Source: Girardia tigrina (lineage: Eukaryota). From it: 58,835 nt of DNA. Shown one piece after another: positions 24,001 through 36,000 of this stretch; position 1 is the stretch's first letter; the number at the start of each line of letters is the position of its first letter. The position numbers and the translations under genes are program-made. The stretch covers positions 1 to 58,835 of the forward strand of contig MQRK01235089.1 of NCBI GenBank assembly GCA_001938485.1, given 5' to 3'. The notes below the pieces were generated by a model. The model was not told where the DNA came from. It was given only the letters and a program-made list of their open reading frames with translations, and ran no database searches.

Positions 24001-27000
24001 ATTAAAAATAATGTGAACAATTATTAACATAAAAATGTCAAATATTTCACGAAAAATTTATTTATTACACATATTTATCACAATTTTTATTTCTTGGACA
24101 TATTTACATAATTATATATTTTAGTCGGTAGTTCCAGTGTAAATTTTTAAAATGTCTTTCTTTAATCATATAAGGGTTATTTTTTCCGAAAGCATATTAC
24201 TATTTGGATATAAAAATTTAATATAAAATCCACATTTATTTAATAAATGTTTAATTAGGTTCATGGACGATGTATTTATTGGGTTTTGTGATTCTGTGCT
24301 CATACATGCATCTATGCGCATTTCTCTCTTTGGTTCTGAAATGGCCCTACTTCTACGGCCAGGTTAGTTGTATATAAAGTTGTATATTTTACGGTCTATT
24401 TGTTTGACTTTCGTAAGATTTTAAAGTAAGATTCTGTTAGAGATTTTAATTTCTTAATAACGATATATTAATATCACCAGGCATTATTCTAAGTTTTTTT
24501 TTCAACTGCACATTCTTCAACTTTATATGGAGATCTCTATATCTATAGATTATATAGAATGAGGTACCTGTAAACATTTGCCTTTGATAATTGGCATTTT
24601 ATTTATACCACATTAATATATTATAAATGAAATTTAAAATTTTTATATCACGCCTTTATTTCAATAAAATATAATATGGATATGATTGCGTTTTAATGAA
24701 TCAAACAATTTAAACTTTTAAGCGCAACTGATTGAATTACTCACTTCTGGTGTCCTTAACTTGCATATACGTATCTAAGTGTTACTGAGTGAGTGAGTGT
24801 CACTCTCCAAGTAAGTCTTACGAAAATTACATTAGATTACTTTGTATTTAAATATTTTGATGATTGGACAATTGGATTTGTAGTTGAGGTGGAACATATG
24901 TTTCGCATGCATGTGAAACTGTCAACATATTTCCACTCATCCAGTCTCAGAACAAAGGAACTTCGAGATATTGCTGCTGCCGAAAATGTGAAGGTCATGG
25001 CACTTCCAGCGCTGTTCGAAGTGAGATGGACAGAATTTTCGTATAATCTGTTGAATGCTGTCCTGGTGTCGTGGCACGCGTTGGTCCTGCAAATGCAAGC
25101 GTCTAGTGACAAGGAGGCGCGCGGATTTCTATCGTTTCTCTTGGATCACGACAAACTTCTTCTACTATGCTTCCTCGCCGACATCCTTGCAGTATTCAGT
25201 CGATATGAAAGACAGATGCAGAGCAATGATGTCACCATAGTGGATGTTGACAGGCTTACAGGCGTTGTGAAAACACGACTCCTAGCTATGGAATTGAAGC
25301 ATTTGCCTGGTAGATGGGGGAAGGCTATGCAAGACAGCATCACCCAGGAGTGCAATGGGAGCAATGCTGCTGAAAGGAATGAAACTCACTTCCCGTACAA
25401 GACGGCTTAAAGAGCATTATCTGTATAAATATACGATGTATCTGATAAGCTGGATGTGAAAGCAGTCTGCAATGAAGTGCTGTATTCTCTTGTTGAGTAC
25501 CTCAGCCAGCGACTGCACATTGACGCGGAATTGGTGTCAATGTGCAAACCTTTCGTCCAATTACAGCCTCAAGTGAATCTGTAAATGGTTCATCAATGGA
25601 TTTCCGCAGACCTCGGCTTCACTGAGCTCTCCCTCGAGTACGAGGAGATTTTGCAGTTGGACAATATTGAAAACCTTCGCAAGATGACATTGACTGAGAG
25701 AGTGTTATTCCTCGCAAGATCCACAGAATACCAAACTGTCACAGTGACAATGGCTCGTCTTCTTACTGCTAAGCCGCATAGTGCGGAGGTCGAACGGGTG
25801 ATCAGCACAAACAATGCTTTGAAGACAAGTAGCCGGAGCCGACTAACAATTGATTCCGAGAATGAGTACGTGTATCACAACATGCCTCCTATTGTGAACT
25901 GGGACCCAAGAGAGGCAGTGCGACAACAAAGCACGGCGACATAAAGACATACCCAAAGCAAGAGAGCAAGCATGGTATAATGGTATTTCTCAGAGGCATC
26001 CTACGCTAATCATTGTGAAAATATGGAAGGCGATAGATCCGAGAATTTGACGGCAATAAAACAGTGAGTCTTTTAATGGTGGACATTTTTGCAGTTGTTT
26101 CTCCATGTATATGTGTGTGCAGAATATATGTTGTATTATACACTGGTTACCAACAACAATTGATTCCTATTTTCACTAAAATACGTTGTCAGACTTGGGA
26201 TAGTCGATCGACGAATAACACGTTGCTAATTTTTCAACTGCACATAATTCTGATTTCAACTGCGCAAACCACTTTCTCAAATACACATTTTTGTCTCAAC
26301 TACGCCTTAGAATAATGCCTGAATATCACATCATATATTTATTTATGCATAAATAAGATCTAGAAATAAGATTTTAAAATAAGACTTTAAAATGAGATTT
26401 TAGGCTTTAACGTTTCATTGTAAATATTTTAATATTATATCATATATTCATTGATAAAAACGGTTAAATTAATGAATAACAAAAACCTCCTTAATTTGTT
26501 TAAAAACCCTATTAATGATAGTAAATAAATTTTGTGGAATTTCTTGATTTTAATTCCTAATGTTTGAAAAAAATATTTGTGCTGCATATGACGTACACAA
26601 CAAATTTTATACAATATATATTCATTCATATATACAGTTTTCATTAATTATTATTACTTGTCATGATTATAAAAATTATAAATTTCAATATTGATTTTAT
26701 TATCTATTGCTTATAATTTATTATCAGTGATGTTGCTTTGATATATTTGCATATTTATTTAATTCAAAAGTAGTTTTTTTCGAACTAAAATTTTGAAACC
26801 AAAGTTTAAAATATAATTACCAATCTCTTTTAAAGTATTTACAAATTAATTTTGAAACTAAAATGGGAACTAAAATGTTTTGATTATTTTCGTAGGGTCA
26901 AGTAATGGAATCAGTCTAAATCCCCAAATTACTGGTGAAATAAGCTTGAAAATTTATAAACTGCGCTTAGCTCCAGACATTGCATTTAATGCAATTTTCT

Positions 27001-30000
27001 GGATTGTCACTAAACTACTGGATAAAATTTTCGGTCAGGAATACTTATATTGTGTTTGTAATGCTGTTTTTAAGATTGTGTTTCTCTCACCCAGATGGAA
27101 GATTGATATTTAAATATTTTGAACAATTTTGGACAATTTTAAAATTTAAACAACAACTTTAAATTAAATTAATATATTTTAACACGTTGACGGACAGTAG
27201 AAACATTAATACATATATTTTACATTTTAATGACGGCTATAGACGCAACTGTCCGTCAACGTGTTAATCAAAATATGTTAAATCTATTTAAAAATTATTT
27301 AAAATATTTTCATATTTGATAATAACTTTAAGGTTTATTTAATCATAAATGACATATTTTAAATGAATTATAAATCTTTTTTGCAAATAATTTAAAATTA
27401 TTGTAATTTAAATTTATTCGAATAATAAGAGGTTTAGAAGTAGAATGTAAAAAACCTCTCAATCAAGAACGATGTCTAGCTATGAAAGTTTTATGGAAAA
27501 TTGTCCTGGAGGCCATTCGACTGGAGGTATCAATAAAAGTAATGCAAATCATATTAGCGTTCTTAATACGGTCATTAATTTTTTAAAGTGATATTATCCA
27601 ACTGAAATCTCGAGGCTTTTGTGTTAATAAATGTTACAGTGAACTGTAAGTAATTGTTTTGTAAAACAGATATGTCATATAAGCATTGGAAAAGATGCCC
27701 AATAAAAACGGTATTGAAAACTAGGTGTTTGTACTCATAAATAAATAATGACGTGGTTTTTTATTTACTTATTGTTATTATTAGTTTGTCTGTAGCTGAA
27801 TCACATAATAAATGCAACATTATTTTAAATGAGGCTTAATAATTATTTATTTTTCAGTTTTTAATTCTATTGTTCACAGTTTTGGCCGCAATAATTGCCT
27901 ATACGACTCTTACTGCTGTTTTTAGACAAACTGTAAGTCGATAAATTTACGTTAATTTATATGTTGTATTCAAAATAATCATTATTTTAATCTTAAGAAT
28001 AATCATAGTTTGAACAATATTTTTATCATTACTTATTTATACTTTGGACCACGAAAGAAATAACTCAGATAAAATTGCAATGATAAACGTTTTTTTCAAT
28101 AGGTTTTATGTAAATTAAATCTATAAATTAAAAAATGTTCTTTATATATTAAATATTTCATTTAATATCACATTTCCTTCTTCTTGGGTTCCGCATAATT
28201 CTATTTGTGCAGCTTCTCTCATTTACCTGAAACGTGTTATTCTCATTTGTTCTCCACATTCATACACTGATCGGAGTTTTGTTTTCTCATTCTCATTTTC
28301 GGCTTCTATCACATCTTTCATCTAGTAGTAATTTTGTTGTATTTCCTTATTTGTCCTTTCGTGATGTAAAATAAATATCCAAACCTTATTAATTTTCCCG
28401 AGAATGAATTGTCTGACAAACTTATTTTACAATCCATGTGTTCCTTGATTTTAAACATCACTTTCCGCCAAGCTTGCATTTTTATATTCTTCTAGTGCTT
28501 GTCATATGTCGATTTATTTCTTTCAATCTGACCCCTTACATTTCTCGTGATGACTTCATTCGCATTAATTCAGAAAATTATTAGGAAGTAATTGAATTGG
28601 ATTCGTGGTTTTTGTCCAAATAACACTTCGTATGCATAACGTTTCGTAGTTTTTCAGTTTTGTCGTTTGTAATTTGAATACATTTTTCTTGAATATAAAT
28701 ATGATGAGTTAGTTAATTAACTTTTTGCTGACAAATTTTAATACTTAGGCTGTCTAATAAGTTCCCGGAATATGTCATGCACACACACATGCATACATGT
28801 ATACACATAAATATTGTATTAGAATGAAGCCATCAATCAGCTGCTTTGGTCAATCATAGAGTCACACACTTATCCACTTTCTTCTCATTGTGACAGCCCA
28901 TTATTGCTGCTAACACAGTGTAAGGTGCACCGTTGACACGTTTTGGATTTACAGAAAGAACATTTTCGTACATACATTTACTTAGAAATGCTACGGGGAC
29001 GTAAACCATGTGAAATATATAAGCAGCTGCTAGATACTAACCTAGATGTTTCTTCACAGACAACTGTATTCGAGTGGTACAAACGATTAAAAGAGGGAAG
29101 ACAATCCTTGGTTAATGATCCAAGATGCGGCCGCCCAACCACATCTTCAACCGCTGAAAATGTGCAGATTATCAAAGCGATTGTGGATGAAGAACCAAGA
29201 ACATCTCTTAGAGCAGTGAGTGAATCTACTGGCCTGTCTAAAGATACTGTTAGACAGATTTTCACAAATCAGCTTGAATTGCGAAAGATTTGTTCGACAT
29301 AGATTCCACGGTACCTCTCAGAAGCAAACAAACGGGACAGGATTTTATGTACACAAAGCATCATCGCCTTATTTGAAAACCATTCCATCGATTATCTGTT
29401 ACACCATTGGGCGACAGAGGACATTCATTTCGAGGGCAGAAATTCGTGGACGGTGAATACCTCAGTAATTTTAACAGGAGGTAGCTCCTGTTTCTTATAG
29501 GTACAACCTCCATATGGAGTGGACCTTTTATATTATGGCTATAGATAGCTTTATTTGTACAATCGACCAACAATTTGAAATGTGACAAAAATCCGAACCT
29601 ATTATAGGTTGAGAAACCTCCTCAATTACAAAATTCCACATATACCATCAACCTTCCAAACACAACTCTAACGGATAACAACCGAAAGTACGAATTAGTG
29701 AACCGTTAGCTGCTCTAACCGACAAAGCAGTATCATGAACTACATTATTAAAACAAAAAAAATTTGTTGGAACAACGGAAATAGCAGAACCCGTGTCTAT
29801 GAGAAATGGATTCTGCAAATTTTCAGGGCATACCGTAAACACCGAACAAATACATCCTCTACTAGTGTGATAGGGGATAGTACACTGAGTTTAAATTTTT
29901 CTTTGAATATGAACAAGGCAGGGAACATTTGAAAACCCGATCCCCGAAACGTGAATGGTAGTAACATAAACCATCTTTACTAATAACAGGGTTTGACGGG

Positions 30001-33000
30001 TGTCTCACATCTGAATTAATTGGCTGTCTCCATGCCTCAATTTTTTTCTCTAAAGAAACTATTTTATTATGTAAAGATCGGTTATCTTCCAAAATTTCAT
30101 CTAGTTTATCATCCAGACTAGATTGCCTCTTTTTGAACATCATGTTTCTCTTGTTTGGTTTATCTATGGATTGTATTGGGTGACATTTTCGAAAACACAT
30201 TCTGTCCGCTATTTCAGCTAAATGATCCAAATCTTGATCGTTTTTTTTACCAAAACAGATAGCGTAACAGACTATGCGATACCATACCATTAATTGATTT
30301 CAATTTCTGTTTTAATTCTCTCAACAAATCTGAAGGTCTGCGATCACCTAAATTTAAATTCCCAAAACAATCTTCAATAATCGAATCTTGAGAGACAGGA
30401 TAAAGTTTAGTCAACAATTCAGTTTGTCTAAAGGTTTCTTAGCGTTTTAAATGAGAGATAATTCTTCCCCTAGTTTATTTAATAGATGAACCGAAAGTTT
30501 ATTGATTATAAAGGAACATTGTTTAATCTCGTTAATTACACCATGGAACTTACATAAATTCAAACAGAGGTGAAACCAACCCCAAATGTTTAACGCAGAA
30601 TCGAAAAAAAAATCAGGCAAAAAAGAATATCTATCCTGTATGGGGAGAAAATCTCTATTTTTCTGATCAGATATCTTCTTCTGACAAACATTTATCGGTT
30701 AAAGTATCAAAAGTTTGTTTTTTTCGGGCCATTTTATAAAAATAATTATCCCACTTCTAACACCAATTGTAAAACTCAGTTAAATTAAAGATAACAGTAA
30801 TGTGACTGATTTTTACCTTTGATTATAGAAATCTCAGAAGTAACACTCGTAGTTTGTTTGATAATAATATAATGTTAAAAACAATTACAACGTACTATAT
30901 CACACTGGAAAACAAAATACAGTTCAAGCAGGATAAAAAAATAATAATGATATAACCTCACAATAACAATTACCAAATGGAGTACGGTACTCAATTATAT
31001 GAGAATATTGTCACGAGAAATCGTATGCGAATATTTATTCGGTGTATAACTTAGTTTTTTGGATTTTCTAAGAGATGGTGTAACCTTTGTAATAAGCATT
31101 ATTTTACAGTCGTACGTACAGATTTTTAAAGTGCTGAAATCGAGGCATTAAAATTAAGTNNNNNNNNNNNNNNNNNNNNNNCATAAACATATTTTTAATC
31201 ACGTTTTAGCATGACAACTTTCATACCAACAAAACAGCATTTGCGGGAAGCACTACTGTTTTGCTTTAATCAAAAGAAAAAAGTTGCAGACAGTTTTCGG
31301 CTTCTTGAAGAAACTTATGGTCAACATTCACCAACTCAACAGATTTGCGAGAACTGGTATAAACGTTTCAAAAGTGGATATTTCGACATAAGTGACAAAG
31401 AGCGTTCCGGTCAACCAAAAAGATTCGAAGATGAAGATTTGGAATCATTACTGAACGAAGATTCTACTCAAACAGAGAAAGAGCTTGCAAAACAGTTTAA
31501 TGTTACTCAAGCAGCCATAAGTAAACGTCTACATGCTATGAAAATGATTCAAAAAGAAGGAAAATGGATACCACANNNNNNNNNNNNNNNNNNNNNNNNN
31601 NNNNNNNNNNNNNNNNNNNNNNNNNNNNNNNNNNNNNNNNNNNNNNNNNNNNNNNNNNNNNNNNNNNNNNNNNNNNNNNNNNNNNNNNNNNNNNNNNNNN
31701 NNNNNNNNNNNNNNNNNNNNNNNNNNNNNNNNNNNNNNNNNNNNNNNNNNNNNNNNNNNNNNNNNNNNNNNNNNNNNNNNNNNNNNNNNNNNNNNNNNNN
31801 NNNNNNNNNNNNNNNNNNNNNNNNNNNNNNNNNNNNNNNNNNNNNNNNNNNNNNNNNNNNNNNNNNNNNNNNNNNNNNNNNNNNNNNNNNNNNNNNNNNN
31901 NNNNNNNNNNNNNNNNNNNNNNNNNNNNNNNNNNNNNNNNNNNNNNNNNNNNNNNNNNNNNNNNNNNNNNNNNNNNNNNNNNNNNNNNNNNNNNNNNNNN
32001 NNNNNNNNNNNNNNNNNNNNNNNNNNNNNNNNNNNNNTTCACCAGATTGTGCCCCATCAGATTATCATCTGTTCCGATCAATGCAAAGCGCTCTTCGGGA
32101 CCAGCATTTCAGAAACCAGGAACATATAAAAAAATGGCTGGAACAATGGATCGCATGAAAAGACCACAACTTTTTTTTCGATGGAATTCATAATTTGCCT
32201 GAAAGATGATCGAAAGTCATAATTAACGATGGAAAATATTTTGATTAGAATAAAACTTATTGTGTCATATAAATAAACTTGTCTGTTCTGCAAAAAATCC
32301 AAAAAACTAAGTTATACACCTAATATGAAAAATGTTTGGTAAATAATCAAATATAAAATGAATAAGGAGACCTGAAACAATTATGGTGTATTCAGGAATG
32401 TAATTGGTATAACCGGAAGGTATTGGTGCATAAAATTTGGTAGTAAAACGATAATAACTATTGTCTTGATCCGTTGCGTAAATAACCAATCTGCTCGCCA
32501 AAAAAATAATTTCGGAATGAATATTAGTATTTGTGATCATTATATTGATCCTTAATTAAATTCAAATTACTATTGGCAATATTGAATTTTATTATTATTA
32601 TTATTATTATTCATTCCGAAATATGCTGAGTTATTAACTCCGTATCACTAAACTGAAACTTATAAACCTTTCAAGGAAAATAAAAGAACAATCGCATAAC
32701 ACCAAAAAAAATAAAATAAAAAATAAGTAAAAATGTTACAAAAGCGTAAAAAACTGTCACACAATTAAATCAGATTTATATTAATCCAGAGTATAAAAAA
32801 TCACACATAAACTTAAAAATAACGAATATTACAAAAAAATTGCATTAAAAAATATCGAAAAAATAAAATGATAAATCTAATACAACATTTTATATAATTA
32901 AGTAGTATTGATTTTATTATATTTAAGACGAATTAAATTGTTTCACCAGCAAAAACAATCTTAATTTCATCTGTCATTGGGGTCGTCGGTCGTAAAAATT

Positions 33001-36000
33001 ACAAATAAAATCAATCGAAGTTCGAGAATTTAAAATAAAGTGCTACCACTTTATTCCGCTCCACTAATTTAAATTATATTATTAATCTATTGTCCGAAGA
33101 ACAATATTCATTTTTCTTGGTCTAAAAGTCTCAGTGAATTAATCTGTAGAAACCTACATGGTTTATTTTTTAGAAATACTACTCCATTTCTGTTTTATAT
33201 TGTGATTTACGTTTCTTGTTTTTGTTTGTTTGTTTACTGCTGCGATTTAACCGTTTTAAGTCGGTGTAACCTGCAATACCAATTATTTTAAAATTGCTCA
33301 TAATTATAAAAACAACATTTTTGGTATTAAAATAAACAATTTCTTTTTAAATGAATGATTATTATTTTTGGATGAGCAATGATGCTTTTCATTTTCTGAT
33401 ATCACAAAGATGTTATTATCATGCATTTCTATGATAAAGCCATTACCATCAACGCTGATTATTATAGCCAACTCGTGGCAACCGCCAGAAAGAATAGACG
33501 TAAGCAGACGAACACGCAACTATTGTTTCTCAACGACAATGCTCCAGTGCACACAGCGGGCGTTTCTCAGACCACAATTGAAGGTGCTGGTGTAGTGCTT
33601 GTGGATCATCCGTTGTACAGCCCAGATTTTGTATCGAGCGATTTTTACTTCTTTCAGACACTTAAAGAAGCATTTGAGAGGGATCCAGTTTGGATACAAA
33701 GATGATTTAAAGTTTGTCGTAGAGGATTTTTTCGCGGCACGCTCCACAGAATTTTCGAAAATGCGTTTTCTAAGTTGATTATTCGTTGGAGGAAGTATAT
33801 GGAGCAAAACGAACGTTATTTTGAAAAGTAACGCATACGTAGTTTAAGCCTGTTCTGTTATAAAAATGATCCTTTTTGGAATTCGGTTTCTTTATCATGC
33901 CGGGTACTTATTGATCGTACCACTTCTTTGCGTTATTTAGTTATTTTATTAAATATTGTTTCATTAATAAAATTAGACTTATATGAAAAATTTTTTAGAT
34001 TTAATATTAAATACTATTATTAATTATTGTTAAGATTAAAAATGAAATAGAAAAGTATATCTTATGGATCATGTACAGTTACGAAGGGGTTGGAGGAACT
34101 TCATTCAAAACAGTTTTGGTCGATTACTTTCAAACGCAAGTTAGTGAAAAATTTTTTTGGTCTATAAGTTTTAAATTATTAGAAGTTGTCTTCCTTAAAA
34201 AAGCGGAAATTATAAAGTATACGTATACACAGAGTGACCCAACAGTAAACCATATAGAAACATTACTAAGCATTAAATAAATTGGAATAAAATAGTGATG
34301 GGGTCCTAATTAGGAAACTCTTCAACTTATTTCAACTGGTTAAACGAAATGTTTATTGATCAAAAAAATTATTCCTTCTTTGAAACCGAATGATAATTTT
34401 TATCCATCAATAATCTTTTCAAAATTGTTTTTCAAATTTCCAAATCCGAAATTATTGTTTTCTTCAATTCGGGAGTGTTCTTCGGTTTTGCTTCACAAAC
34501 TTTCTTTTCCTTTCAAAAGCATTCTTCTGTCAGATGAAAATTGATTGTGACATTAAAGTCAAACTGAGCTCCAACGAGACCAAAGACTTTCGTTTAGGTT
34601 TCGTCTCGTATGTCGCATTCAAAATTAAGTTTAATGTAATGTCAAAAGTTAACTGTTTTATACGTACAAGATTATTTTCGATCACAATCGTGATGGTCCG
34701 ACGAAGAACGTTTAGAAGAAGGTGAATGTTCCTATATAAATGTAATTTTGTTGCTTGGACCTTCTGCATACACATTTGAAAAAAAAACGTTTCGACGATT
34801 CATCAGAAATTTTATTTGTATATTTACTCTTTCTTCATTCTACATGTCTTCTGTGAGGAAATTTGTTGTTTTTAGTAATAATGTTAATATTGTTCTTTAT
34901 TATTAAGAATTCCTGTTGCGGTTATTCTAGCAATCAAGATTACAGTAAGTTCAACTGGAATAAAGTTGTAGATTCAGGAAAAAATTTGAGTAAAGTTCTT
35001 AGATGTATTTTGCTAATGAATTATTTTATCTTCAAGCTGTGGTCTACCCCCTCAGCTGCTGCCTCGACTCAAACTTGGCCGATATAAATTTGTGCATTCT
35101 GAATAGATCAGTCACCCAGGTATGTTATACTCATCATTTGACATATTCACGAAGATTAAAAATGTATTTTAAGTTTTAAATTCTCAAAATTAATCATTAA
35201 ATTAGTTACTTTTACTTTTTATAGTTTTGATAAACAACGGAATTTTCAGAAATGTTTTTGTAATATATTGCCCGATATAAAATGTTTGGGAGGGTTATTA
35301 TGCCAACAAATATTGAGACTTCTCTTTTCTTTCTTCTTAGTATGAGTAACTGTCCTCTAAATTTTAATACTTGACATTAAATTATATATGAACGAGACTA
35401 GATGAACCCTAGAAATAGCAGTATTCAGGCTTGTAAGTGAGATATATTACTTTTTACTTTCTTCTAGCTTGGCTCTTTTTGTAATTTCGGATTTATCGAT
35501 AAGCTCTAGTATTGCTCAATTACAAAACTATTGCATTTTTGATAAAAAAAACGGTCCCAAATTCTGTCAACAATGTCAGTATAAAGTTGAAGGTTCTTAG
35601 AACAGATTTGAAATCGTCTCTCACATATTTCAGAGCTCAGAAAAAAAGCAATTAATATTTAACATGATTTTCTAATTCTTAGTAACATTTAGCATATAAA
35701 AAAATCAAAGAATAAATGAACTATGCACATCCTTCAGTCACTAGTTCTTTACACTGAATATCTTTCCTTGTATATAATTCTTCTTCCAGAATTCGTCAAC
35801 TCTTTCATTAAATTGTTATTCGACCATGTATAACGTAACTGTGGTGATTGGTTCAAGTGATCGAGAAATATTTAATTAAAAAAAACAATAAACAATTAGA
35901 AAATTGTTTCAATAGGCGATGAAAATTTAAGGATTTTGAAATACAAAATGGATTTAATGGAATTAAATGTTAATTAGTGCGTTATCTTTATTGCCCTTTC

